NCBI RefSeq assembly: GCF_964213995.1
Contig: NC_135828.1
Location: 16,244,001 to 16,308,000, forward strand
Length of the DNA stretch: 64,000 nucleotides
DNA from: Mustelus asterias
Lineage: Eukaryota
Direction of reading: 5' to 3'
The position numbers were made by a program, and so were the translations under genes. The notes under the pieces are model-generated. The model did no database searches and was not told where the DNA came from. It was given only the letters and a program-made list of their open reading frames with translations. Shown piece by piece: positions 23,592 through 35,831 of this stretch. Within the stretch, counting starts at the first letter, position 1, and each line of letters starts with the position of its first letter.

Positions 23592-24360
23592 CCCACCCCA
23601 CTACAGGGATTTCTATGAACAATATTCATTGGGTGAGATTTTCTTGCCGGTGGGATATTCAGTCCTGTTGAAGGTGAACCCCTGGGGGCGGGTTCCCCTG
23701 TGGGAGGGGGGCAGGTGAACCACGCCAAATGGTGTGGACTTTGGTGGGACTGGAAGATGCCACAGATGGCGAATGGCGAGCGGCTTCTGCCACCAGAAAT
23801 AACTCAAAAATCCCGACTACTGATTTCAAAATGTATCAAACAGGCCTTTATCAATAAGGGACTCAGAGGCTGTCACACCTGCTGAGTTTCTCCAGCATTT
23901 TCCGTTTCAGGTTCCAGCCTCCGCAGTATTTAGCCTTTATCTTCCAGCTCGGTTGATTTGCCTGTGGTTTCATCAAAATATGCCACCCGAAAGTACCCAT
24001 GCTAACCAGTTGGCATGGTGATGCCCAGATCTTTGGTGGGGCAGGAGGGAATGTAGAGATTGCAACTTGAGTTTGGGATCCAAAGAGTCTGACTCAGCTT
24101 ACCTTTGAGAGAAGAAGCATTTTGAACCAAAGGTGGGGGGGGGCGCAATGCCTGGCCGGTGTTAACCCTGTTTTGTGAGAGGCGGAGAAAACCGAGCTGG
24201 GTGTAATACATACTTAGTTCCACCTGACCCAGCTCCGAGGACTAGTGAGCAGGGAGACCAGTGTGTCAAATTGTCTTCAACGTATTCATATCGTCTCCCT
24301 CACGATGCTCATGTGAGTGACATAACTGGATTAGAAGCTTTGCTATTCAAATATCTAAAG

Positions 24361-24661
24361 TAAAGTTTATTGATTAGTCACAAGTAGGCTTACGTTAACA
24401 CTGCAATGAAGTTACTGTGAAAATCCCCTCGTCGCCACACTCTGGCACCTGTACACTCTGTACACCTGTTCAGGTACACTGAGGAAGAATTTAGTATGGT
24501 CAATCCACCTAACCAGCGCGTCTTTCAGACTGTGGGAGGAAACCAGAACACCTGGAGGAAACCCATGCAGACATGGGGAGAACGTGCAGACTCCGCACAG
24601 ATAGGGAATGGAACCCGGGTCCCTGGCGCTGTGAGGCGGCAGTGCTAACCACTGTGCCACC
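24361..24661 (-). mobile_element. HE1-like SINE, tail type 2
   Basis: Head, body and tail match. Confidence 0.85.
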
Positions 24662-26529
24662 TGTCACGAAACTAGAGAAGAATTGAACAACGTTATTCAT
24701 GAGGGAATTCACTAACCAACAATCTGAATAGATCCCTTTCAGCACTGAAGTCAACTTTGCACAGATTTGGGGAGAATTGTCCCATCGTGTTTGTGTTTTT
24801 ACACTTTCACTGCTTGTTTTCAATTAAGTATTGAGTATTGAATGTCCTTGCCTGTTTTTACAGCCTGGACACATTTTGCTTTGCAAATTAATCACAAGCA
24901 CCAAGAGTCACCAACCAAGTTGCAAGTTGTCAATTAATCTTTTCTTTCGCATTAATGAGCATAATTCAGGCACATTTGGGTTTGAGCTTCTCGACAAGAG
25001 AAGCGCTTCATCATAAATCCACCCATATTTTTTCTATTAACATTGAATGTTCCATGATTTAGGAAATGTGAATGGATTGATAATGCCGACAGTATCTGCT
25101 GTTTACACCCTAACTCATCCCATCCACCCATCAACCCGACATGGGCTCCCGGTCCAGCAGCACCGCAGTCCATCCTGCTTTTCAGATCCAGCCTTGGCAT
25201 CTCCCCTTCCCATTTGCCTCCAGTCCGACATGGGATAATTGAATGGCGGAGCAGACTCGATGGGCCAAATGGCCTAATTCTGCTCCTGTATCTTATCTTA
25301 CGGGATAGCCACACTCCTGCAGTTCTGGTGTCTCTGGCATCTCAGGAGCAGGGGATACAAAAACCCCTGCTTTTTGAAGACTATTAAAACAAAGTAGATT
25401 AGTTTAAAATAGGGACCACAGTGTACCTTATAGATATGTATCAAAGATATCTCACTGTGCCTCACTTACAGACAATCGGTTCGTATAGTATATATAGGCA
25501 CATATATAATCTTTTTTGAACCAGTAAATAGATGTATTTCTGTATTTTCTTGTGCGCTTTTGCTAACAAGCAATTTAGCCCGAGGCATAATGGGGAATAA
25601 GTTTAAGTAGACAGACCACATTCTTTTGGAACAATGGAGCATATACCCTATTATCAGGGGCAGGCCAGGAAGCTACAAACTAGCAAGGTTTTTGAACATG
25701 AATAGAAAGATTTAGCTTCTGGCTTCAATGAATATACATATTCTGCCTCCACTGGTAAGGGGACAGAAAACAGGCAAGACAGTTCTCAGGACTGTGGGTA
25801 TTAGGAGCAACCCTTGAACCTACTGGATTTGCGTAGGTAAGTCTACTAGTCAACGGGGGGGGGAAGAACCTCTGGGTTCGGTTGACCAACGAATTCCTAA
25901 TTCTGCAGGAAGGTAGAATGCTATTGGCCCAAGTAAATATGGTGTATTAATGTAATTGGACCGTCCAACTTGGATGGCAGGTTGGGCGGGAAGATCGAAT
26001 CTTCGGAAATGTATATCTGTTGTGCTCATGTGATGTAACATCAGAGAGAAGTTGGAATCCTCTGACTATCTCTCTCCCAATACATGTTGGTCAAATAAAT
26101 GTTTTTAACTGCACACTGTCTTTTGCAAGTCTCTGTGTTAGCTGAGATCGGCTGAAGACAAGACTCCCCAGAGAGACACCCCGAGAAAATCATCTTACAA
26201 TCTACTTCACTCCACCCTTGAGCACAAATCCAGCTGCTCTACCCTCTAAAATTCCCTCCTTAACCTCTCCACCTCCATAACTCTCTCCTAATTTAAGAAG
26301 CTTGTTAAAACTTACCTCTTTGACCAAGTATTTGCTTACCTGCCCTAATAGCTCATAGTGTGACTCAAATTCTGTTTGATGTTGCTCCTGTGAGGGGCCT
26401 TGCAATGTTTTAATTTGTTAAATGTTCTGTAAATATGTAAGTTGTTGTTATTCGACAATTAAAAAAACAAAATATGGGTTTAATCTGTTTTTGCTTTGGC
26501 TCCGATTTAAAATGCATTCTAAGATTAAC

Positions 26530-26960
26530 TTAGGAGAAGGAGTAGGCCATTCAGCCCCTCGAGCTTGCTCTGCCATTCAGTAAGATGGCTGCTCTGATTA
26601 TGGCCTCAACTCCACATTCCCATCTACCCCGCAATAACTTAACTCCTTTGTCAGTCAAGAATCTATCTACCGCTGCTTTAAACATATTCAGTAACCCTGC
26701 CCCCCACAGCTCTCTGGGGAAGTGAGTTCACAGACACATGACCCAATGAGAGAACAAAAATTCTTCTCATTTCCGTCTTCAGTGGGTGACCACCTCGTTT
26801 TTAAACTGTGTCCCCTAGTTCTAGTCTCTCTCATTAGGGGAAACATCATCTCTACATCCACTCCATCGAGTCCCTCAGGATCTCGTACGTTTCAATACTA
26901 TCACCTCTCATCCTTAACTCCAAGGGACACAGGAATCAGTCAAGTGAATCTCCTCTGAAC
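26530..26960 (-). mobile_element. Degraded CR1 LINE 3' end
   Basis: AGGAGTAGGCCATTCAGCCCCTCGAG tail region and remnants of an RGHSLK-type C-terminus. Confidence 0.7.
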
Positions 26961-27934
26961 TGCTAAGTTAAAATACTAAATTTCCTGCAAATTAAAAATG
27001 TTCAAGCTCACCGGTTCTCGTACCGAACACTATGTTGAGAGTTTCACGGGTTAACAACAGCTGAGCGATTTCACAGGGTAGGATTTTCCCCCATGGTTTG
27101 TTCTCTGCCAGTGAAGACGGCACGCCATTGGCTGCTGGTGGGATCTTCCAGTCCTGCCGATGTCCATGACATTTTGCGTAGTTCGCCCATCCCTTCATTG
27201 GAGAACCCTTTGGCAAGACTGGAAGATCCCGCTACTGGGATGGGCTGGAACAATCAGCCCATAGAAGTGCAGACCAGAATGAAGACATTTGGCCCATCAA
27301 GTCTGCACTAGCTCTTTTGAGGAGTAATCCAGTTAGTCCCACTACCCCACTCTTTCCCTCATGTCCCTATAATTATATCTGCTTCAGATATTTACCCAAA
27401 AGGTGAATATTGAATCTGTACTCCCTCAGGCAATGGCCATTCCAAATTCTAACCACACATTGCATAAAAATGATCTCCTCGTATCACCTCAGGTCATGTT
27501 AGAAATTGCCTTAAATTTCTGCAACATTGGAAACAGCTTCTCTTCGAAACTCTTCGTGATTTTAAACATCCGATTTGTCCCGAGTTGTCAGGCAGTTTAA
27601 TTCTTGTGATTGTTTCGAAATGCACCTTTAGATATCTCGAATTACTGCAGTGACAAACTAAACCTTGGTGCGCTGTTGATGGATCTACTCCCCCTGAGTA
27701 TTCTGTGTCTCCTGAGGTTATTGTTCAGACGAAGAAGTTCCACATGAGATATTTGTACACATCAGAGCCCAATCTTCATTACATCGACTTTCAACTAGTT
27801 GAATGACAACTCGCCTTCATTTGAGACGATGAAAGTCCTTTTTTTTTCCAAGCTTGTTCCCCACCCCACATCCACCACCTCCATTTTTTTTGGAAAAAGA
27901 GAGGAAGTAAAACAGACAGGCAGATAAAACAATG

Positions 27935-28246
27935 CGGTGGCACAGTGGTTAGCATTGCTGCCCCACAGCGCCAGGGACCTGGGTTCGATTCTGGCCTTGG
28001 GTGACTGTCTGCGTGGAGTTTACACGTTCTCCCTGTGTCTGCGTGGGTTTCCACCGGGTGCTCCGGTTCCCTTCCATGGTCCAAAGATGTGCAGGTTAGG
28101 CTAATTAGCCATGTTCAATTGCCCCTTGGTGTGAGGGGGATTAGTAGGGTAAATATGTGGGGTTACAGGGATAGGACTTGGGTGGGATTATTGTCAGTGC
28201 AGACTCGATGGGCCAAAGGGCCCCTTTCAACACTGTAGAGATTCTA
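27935..28246 (+). mobile_element. HE1-like SINE, tail type 1
   Basis: Head, body and tail match. Confidence 0.85.
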
Positions 28247-28710
28247 ATGGAGTAAATCTAGAAATAATTGGATTTTAAGCTCTGGAATTCAGGCAGTCTG
28301 TTAATCGGTGGTCTCTTTTTACTTTGAAACCCAGATTCTATGCCTGATTTTTTTTTTTCAGCCAATTATAAGGCCAAAATCTGAAGCTTGACATTGTTGT
28401 GTCACGGACAGGGCCAAGGTCAGTCCCTGTTACATAAATACTGATTAAACCTGAATGGTGCATGAACATGTGGTTCCAAAAGGTATTATTGGATGTCTAT
28501 CAGGAAGTGGAGTCCGGACTGATTTCCCAATCCTAACCAAAGGTGGTCAAATCAAATGGAAAGCCTCTGATGGATGTACAAGATCAGTACTGGCTGATTA
28601 ATATCTGAGCTATATAGATTGAGGATCGAACCCATGACCTCTCCAGTTTGTGTAGTTCTGTTAATAATTACCTTAATCAGCTGAGTTGCTGGGAGAATAT
28701 TATGCATATC

Positions 28711-29046
28711 ATAGAATTATAGAATGATAGAATCCTACAGTGCAGAAGGAGGCCATTCAGCCCATCAAGTCTGCACCGAACACAATCACACCCAGGTCCT
28801 ATCCCCATAACCCCATGCATTTACCCTAGCTAGTCCCCCTGATACTAAGGGGCAAGTTAGCATAGCCAATCCACCTAACCCGCACATCTTTGGACTGTGG
28901 GAGGAAACCGGAGCACCCAGAGGAAACCCACGCAGACACGGGGAGAATGTGCAAACTCCACACAGACAGTGACCCAAACTGGGAGTCAAACACAGATCCC
29001 TGGCGCTGTGAGGCAGCAGTCTAACTATTGTGCCACCGTGCTGCCC
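28711..29046 (-). mobile_element. HE1-like SINE, tail type 1
   Basis: Head, body and tail match. Confidence 0.85.
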
Positions 29047-29221
29047 TTGGGTAAATATTGGGTGGGATTTTATAGCCTCGCTCATCCCAAAACTGTAAAA
29101 TCCCGCTCCAGGTCAACAGACCTTCCTATTATCCATCCCTTTGCCTGCTCCAATTCCCGTGGCGGGCGGGCCAGTAAAATTCCAGCCCTTATCATTCCCT
29201 ATGTAACTCAAGTAAGAATCA

Positions 29222-29426
29222 AGAAACCAAAAGAGAAAACGCTGGAAAATCTCAGCGGGTCTGGCAGCATCTGTAAGGAGAGAAAAGAGCTGACGTTTCG
29301 AGTCCCGACGACCCTTTGTCAAAAGGGTTTTTTCTCTCCTTACAGATGCTGCCAGACCTGCTGCGATTTTCCAGCATTTTCTCTTTTGGTTTCAGATTCC
29401 AGCATCCGCGGGAATTTGCTTTTATT
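29222..29426. mobile_element. Penelope-like terminal repeat (family 2), inverted-arm hairpin
   Basis: Long inverted repeat GAAACCAAAAGAGAAAACGCTGGAAAATC...GATTTTCCAGCATTTTCTCTTTTGGTTTC; homologous to the 3' part of 34450-35140. Confidence 0.75.
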
Positions 29427-29465
29427 AGGAATCAAGACAGCTTATCATACTACATGATTTCTTAC

Positions 29466-29683
29466 CTCCCAATACACCCAGTGCCCGATGTATATATTCA
29501 CTTGCAGAAGAGAAATGGGCAGCGATGTCGAAATTTGGTAAGTCACGACCTTCGATGCCATAATAATCCATACCAGTACCATAGAAATCCTGGCATCCGC
29601 TGGAAGCAATCTGTTTGTGTGCGGCGTTTAACACATGAGTGATACCCAACTTCCACAGGCGGAATCTATCATGGGCTATTGTC
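29466..29683 (-). CDS. DUSP13A: DUSP13A (MDSP)-like phosphatase, exon 2
   Basis: Acceptor CTCCCTAG, donor G|GTAAG; 218 nt; TIAHDRFRLWKLGITHVLNAAHK...DLPNFDIAAHFSSASEYIHRAL closely resembles human DUSP13A as recalled (RFELWKLGITHVLNAAHK...[22 protein letters not shown]). Confidence 0.92.
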
Positions 29684-30173
29684 CTAGGGAGGCAAGATAC
29701 ATCAGAAAATACTTTACTAATGTACAATCATATTAACGATGCGACTTGCGTGTCGTTTCTTGTACTGTTGGTGGAGCATTGTGCTTCTCAAGGTAAGGGA
29801 CACTGGCAATAAAGATGGCTCACTTTTCCAATCTGGACACAACAGCCAGAATTTTACCGCCTCGCCCGCTTCAGAACCGGGGCGGGCGAGGCTCGCAGAA
29901 TGGCATTCTCCGTTGGCCTCGGGCAGGATGTTATGAGCCTCGGGCGGGCGCTGCGGTAAAATTCTGGCAGTTGTGTCAGCGATAAATTCTCTCCCCTCAG
30001 GAACTGCGTGCCCAGAGGCAAATTAATGTTCCCATTCCTCTCTCCAGCCCCCATTGCAGCGGTGAAGATTTCACCGAGGATGGTAGAGGAGATTGGCCAG
30101 AATGGATGCAGGGCCAGGAATTTTAGCGACAAAATTAGATCGCAGAAGGTGGGATTCTTCTCTCAAGGTGAGA

Positions 30174-30354
30174 TCATAGAATCTTAAAATCATAGAATCC
30201 TACAGTGCAGATGGAGGCCATTCAGCCCATCGAGTCTGCACCGACCACAATCCCACCCAGGTCCTATCCCCATAACCCCATACATTTACCCCAGCCAGTC
30301 CCCCTGACACTAAGGGACAATTTAGCATGGCCAATCTACCGCACATCTTTGGAC
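30174..30354 (-). mobile_element. HE1-like SINE, tail type 1, 5'-truncated
   Basis: Tail and partial body. Confidence 0.8.
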
Positions 30355-30414
30355 TTGCAATTGAAGAGTGCTTTGGTAGAGGTATACAAGATAATGACAG
30401 ATTTGGATAAGGCC

Positions 30415-31098
30415 CAGTGGCGGATTAACCATTAGGCTGAGTAGGCTTAAGCCTAGGAGCCCGGAAGGGAGGGGGGGCTCGAGAGCAAAACAAAATTGGT
30501 TTAACCCTTTTAAGGGTGAATAAATTTTCATAACTATACCCTGTGGGTGAATTAATATAACAAATACCTATAAATAGAGGAGCTTCACCCCCCGGACTTG
30601 TACTACATGGATGTATCGAGCTCCGGCAAGAGATCGACTGCACGAGGTGTATCCAAATACATTCATTTGCTTTAGAATTTATCTGTCCTTAATGATCACT
30701 AACTGTTCAGGTGAGCGTTCATTTTCGGCACTGAAGAGGATCAAAATCTATTTGCGCTCAACAATGAGCGATGAGAAACTTAGTCATCTGGCACTCATGC
30801 ACATTGAATCAGACAAGCTTCGATCTGTTGATTTACACGCTGTTATCGACACTTTTGTAAACCAAAAAACACGGAAGCTTTTTAAAGTACAAATGTAAAG
30901 AAAATGAAAAATAAATGAATAAAAGGGCTGTAGTTGATTCATATAACTTTATGATATTATACATGTAGTACATTATACATAGTACAACGATATAAGTTAT
31001 CTAACGTCACTTTATTCTATTCAACGAAGGGTGGGGCAGGGTCAGGGGGCCTTACTAAAGCTCAGCCTAGGGGTCTGGTGGTAGTTAATCCGCCACTG
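30415..31098 (+). mobile_element. Internally deleted hAT DNA transposon (684 bp) inserted in a CR1 fragment
   Basis: Perfect 15-bp TIRs CAGTGGCGGATTAAC / GTTAATCCGCCACTG; 8-bp TSD ATAAGGCC / ATACGGCT (6 of 8 match); ORF 30611-30898 encodes a hAT C-terminal dimerization domain (TNCSGERSFSALKRIK..LRSTM...LSHLALMHIE). Confidence 0.9.
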
Positions 31099-32846
31099 AT
31101 ACGGCTTTCAGGAAATATTGTTCCCATCAGCTAATGATGCATGGCCTAAGGGACAACTGGTTTAAGGTTTAGGCAAGAGTTACAGCCGGGTTGGGGGGGG
31201 GGGGGGTGGAAATGTGAGGAAAGAACATTTTTACTCAGTGAGTAGTAGGCCAGAACTTGCTGCCCGCGAGCAGAGACGATGGGCGGAGCTTTCTGCTTTG
31301 GAAAAGGAATTGGATGGAAGGAGATAAACTTGCAGGACCACAAGGGATAGAGCCCAGGGGGAATGGGACTGGCTGCTTCACACAAGCCCGAATGGCTTCC
31401 TTCCTTGCTGTCAATGAATCTATGGTTCTATGGGTGGGATTTTCTGCACCAGCTCACCACCACTCCCACCGCCCCCCCTCCCCCCCCAAACCCCACCCAC
31501 AATGGTGTGTTTTCCATTGGCTACCGGTGGAATCTTCCGGTCCTGCATTTTGTCTACAGCATTTTGCGTGGTGCACTTGTCCTGCCACGGTTGTGGGGGG
31601 GAGGGGGGGGGGGGCGCCTGAAAGACCCGCCCTATATCACCATGGTTTGCAACCTCTCTGGAAGGAATGTCAATTGGTTTAATACAGTGAGCCCACAGCA
31701 ATAAGGAACTGCGTTCGAGATGTCAAACTGTCACCTCAGCCTCTGGCCTGAATCAAGTCAGGTCTTTAAGCGAGGACAATCGTTTCAGCTTCTTCTGCCA
31801 GCTGACACACAACTCCAAGTGTTTAGTGTAATGTTTCACATCTCTATAACCCATGACACTGCTACTTTGTTGAAACATAAGTTTGCAGGTTGCGGTTCAT
31901 TGGGCAAGCAGCAAGCCAGGCACTTCACATCTGCTGTTTTATTTATTGTTACTTTAGCATACTGGTGTTCCCTTACTCACTTTGACATACATTGATTGCA
32001 AGGGATACACTAGTAATTACCTGAGGGAACCTCAGGGAATGGTTCATCTGCTTATCTCTCAAGCTCCTAGTTATGAATTCCTGAAATGTAACTCCACTGA
32101 GGTGTTTAGTTCAGTGCAACACAGCACGGTGGGTGTACCTACCCCACGTGGACTGCAGCTGTTCAAGAAGGCAGCTCACCATTACCTTTGCATGGGCAGT
32201 TAGGGATTGGCAATAAATGCTGGCCTAGCCAGCGACACCCATGTCCTGTAAATATATATTTTTAAAAAGCCGTCCAGGTAAAAAATTGTTTCTTTTGTCA
32301 GGTCCTTAGTTCATCAGTTTTCTCTCTCCATCCTGCCAGCTTTCGCTGACTATCTCATCTGAAGGTTTAACCCTTCCTGCCCAGTGGGATGAAGCTGGTG
32401 GGTGGAAGAGCTGAAACGGTTTAGCTCCCTGAATCCATCCCTGCCAATCTCTGGTCTTAAAGCTTTGCCAGCAGGTGAGATGTCCAGCAGACCCTGACAA
32501 TCACCTCGTGCATTAATGTCCACCGTGATTCCAAAATGTTGGAAAGGTAATGATTGCGCTGTAACCGGGATCCAAGTGGTAAGACATTGTGGCTACCTCA
32601 CCAAACTGAACCAGGCTGGCATTTTGTGGGAAAAATAAAGGTAAGTGTGTAACTTGGCAATTGGCCGCTAGGCGAGTGAGAGTAGCGGCATTGACTCAAC
32701 TTGCTGACTATCCTGTTTCCTTTGAACAAAATGTCTGGTCCAGTCTCGATTTCTAACAGGACCTCCTGGCTACACCTGGGAACCCACCTCATGAGGAATG
32801 CTGGAGCAGAACGCAAGCTCTAATGAATAAGAGTCATGTTCAACTC

Positions 32847-33144
32847 GGGGTGGCACAGCGGTTTGCACTGCTGCCTCACAGCGCCAGAGACCCAGGTTTG
32901 ATTCCTGGGCTTGGGTCACTGTCTGTGTGGAGTTTGCACATTCTCCTCGTGTCTGCATGGGTTTCCTCTGGGTGCTCCGGTTTCCTCCCAGTCACAAGAT
33001 GTTAGGTGGATTGTCCATGCTAAATTGCCCCTTAGTGTCAGGTAAGGTAAATGCATGTGGTTATGGGGATAGGGCCTGGTTGGGATTGTGGTAGGTGCAG
33101 ATTTGATGGGCCGAATGGCTTCCTTCTGCACTGTAGATTCTATG
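32847..33144 (+). mobile_element. HE1-like SINE, tail type 1
   Basis: Head, body and tail match. Confidence 0.85.
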
Positions 33145-33711
33145 AACTCTGTTTCTTTCTCCACTGCCCAGACCTGCAGAGTATTTCCAGAAATTTGTTT
33201 TTATTTCAGATTTCCGGCAACCACAGTATTTCCTTTTTATATTATCCAATCCTCAATGTGCTGTGTCTTCTGTACAAGGCATTGATCATTATTGCTCTGT
33301 TTCTTCCAGGTTGAAGAGCATTCAAAGTTATTTTCTGTCTCATTGCTGAATTATTTGGGTCACAAAAACCTTCTCCTCATTTTATAAAGCACCAAAGCTT
33401 CCCAACAATGAGTTTCCAGAGACATTCATTGAACGTAAATCCAGGCAATTGTGACAAACACAATTGCTGTCTTTTCCTCTGTCAAAGCTGCTGTTGAATA
33501 GCTGGTTGGCTATCAGTTTGTGGCCATCATTCACATGGATCCCCAGAAATCCCTACCCACAAAGTCAAAGGTAGTGAATTACCCCCCTTCACCAAAACTA
33601 TTGCCCCTGTAACTTTACCTCCAGTTTTGCGAGTTACTTTTCTTCCTCCTCATTAGCAATCCCTTTGCCAGTCACCAGTTCGCTGTTCATTATATGACTG
33701 GCATGGATTCT

Positions 33712-34080
33712 TTATTCATTTGTGGGACATGGGTGTCGCTGGCTGGGCCAGCATTTATTGCCCATCCCTAGTTGCCCTTGAACTGAATGCCTTGCTCTAC
33801 CATTTCAGAGGGCAGTTGAGAGTCAACCACATTGCTGTGGCTCTGGAGTCATATGTAGGCCAGACCGGGTAAGGACAGCAGATTTCCTTCCCTTAAGGAC
33901 ATCAGTGAATCAGATGGGTTTTTCCAACAATGGTCATCAGTAGATTCTTAATTCCAGATATTTTTTATTGAATTCAAATTCCATCACCTGCCGTGATGGG
34001 ATTCGAACCCGGGTCCCCAGAACATTAGCTGAGTTTCTGGATTTAATAGTCTAGCGAAAATACCATGAGGCCATCACCTC
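33712..34080 (-). mobile_element. Second tRNA-derived SINE family
   Basis: Homologous to 6066-6418. Confidence 0.75.
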
Positions 34081-34449
34081 TCGAGAGAGGAGCTCACTGA
34101 TTCTTCTCCCCTCTTGCTTTGACATAAAAGAAAAGTCAGAATCCCCCTGATTTTTGTGAAATAGTCCACAATTGACTCAGAAGCAGGCCTTAAATCCCTT
34201 TGTTGCCCTTCTCCACCCCCACAATACAGACCATAAGACAAAGGACCAGAAGTAGGCCATTTGGCCCATCGAACCTGTTCCAATACAGCTGCTAATCTTT
34301 ATAAAAAGCACACAGCAGGACTGGGCAGTTCACAAAAGGATTAAGCCAGCCTTGTGATGAGAATTTGCAAGGCTTCAGCAGCGCACACCGAACATAATTT
34401 AAAATCTAATGATTGATGAGACACTCTGAGGAGATATTACCTTCTTTCA

Positions 34450-35140
34450 GTCTGTGCGCAATCAGGACCCTGACCTTCCGGTTGCTTGCCATTTTAACAC
34501 ACAATTCTGCTCCTATGCCCCCATGTCTGTCCTTGGCCTGCTGCAATGTTCCAGTGAAGCTCAATCCAAACTCATCTCATCTTCCGGCACTGTACAGCCT
34601 TCCAGTCTCAACATCAAATTCAACAACTTCAGATGATTTGCCCTGCCCCACCTCGGCACCCTTTGTTTTCAATTTTTTTTTTACTGTTCTCTACCTTTTT
34701 ATTTCTTTATGGTCTTTCTTCTTTTTTCTTCTCCAACTCTTTCCTTCTCCCTACTTCATCCCCCTTCCGTTACCTTTTGTCCCCCGCTTCCCCTTTTCTA
34801 CATTCTCCCTCTGTTCCATTCACCCCTTCCCCAACATCTCCATCTGTCACAACTTACAGCTTCTCTGCCGTTTGGCCATTCACACTCTTTATTCTCTGAG
34901 TGGGCAGCTATTAACAGTCTTTTCTCCTGGTTCCTATGGCTATGACTCATCTTTCATTCCCTCCCCCTGTAGTATAAATATCTCCACCTTTCTCTGCCTT
35001 TCAGCTTTGGCAAAGGGTCACCTGGACTCGAAACGTCAGCTTTTTTCTCCCCTCACAGATGCTGCCAGACCTGCTGAGATTTTCCAGCATTTTCTCTTTT
35101 CGTTCCGGATTCCAGCATCCGCAGTAATTTGCTTTTATTA
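34450..35140 (+). mobile_element. Penelope-like element 3' fragment (end of GIY-YIG ORF, pyrimidine-rich UTR, terminal repeat with hammerhead motif)
   Basis: DLPVACHFN...MSVLGLLQCSSEAQ...GTVQPSSLNIKFNNFR* resembles the PLE endonuclease C-terminus; hammerhead-like motif at 35003-35041. Confidence 0.8.
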
Positions 35141-35269
35141 CCTACTTTCGCTTGCCCAACATCTGCCCCTGCCCTCACCCCTACCCCCCCCCCCTCCCCC
35201 GACTCACAGGTTTCACTGAGAAGCACTGATCTTGCCAGCACTATTCCTACTGTTTGGAAATGTACTCAC

Positions 35270-35439
35270 ATGTCTCCGATGTACAGATTAGGCCAGACCT
35301 CATCGATGCGGCTAAGTGGAACTCTGTTGTTGCGTAAGATTTCCTCCAGCTCGATGACTGTGGGAGTGTTGGCCTTTGGGGTAGAGTTCTTGGAAAAAGC
35401 GGGATTGCCACTGGATTGAGTTACTTCATTTGATGCCAT
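35270..35439 (-). CDS. DUSP13A: DUSP13A (MDSP)-like phosphatase, coding exon 1
   Basis: [11 protein letters not shown]...[32 protein letters not shown]; donor GTGAGT at 35269; 170 nt, phase 2. Spliced CDS 170+218+200=588 nt, 195 aa; adjacent and divergent to SAMD8, as DUSP13A is in mammals. Confidence 0.92.
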
Positions 35440-35831
35440 TAGAATCTGTTTTGTTGTTTTTGTGGTTCAGGAGCACTGTGTTCAGTGTTTACTGTGCGGA
35501 GTTCTGCCCTGCCAGCCTTGGGTCAAGGCCAAACTATGTGATGTTTATCAACAGGTGCGAATACAGATTCTGCTGAGCAACACGATACTCTAATTCAGTC
35601 TCTAAATTCAGATCTTACAGGTTCCAGAGTAAAATGCGATTTAGGAAACAATGAAAGGTAAAATAAATGAACAATGTTTTCACAGTAACTTCATTTGACA
35701 AGGCCTCCAATTAGGTCAACTTTGACAGTGATGAAGTGAGCCTGGAGCAGTGGGATTTGCAGTGATTCCCAGACTACGTTCATGAGGTTCCTTGGCAAGG
35801 CACGTTCCAACACTGACTCAAGAACAGCTTC

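Noticed and set aside
30611-30898. Host ZMYM1-like gene exon
   Set aside because: Enclosed by TIRs and an 8-bp TSD, so it is a transposon remnant
34413-35219. 268-aa hydrophobic ORF resembling a membrane protein
   Set aside because: Read-through of the pyrimidine-rich UTR of a Penelope-like element
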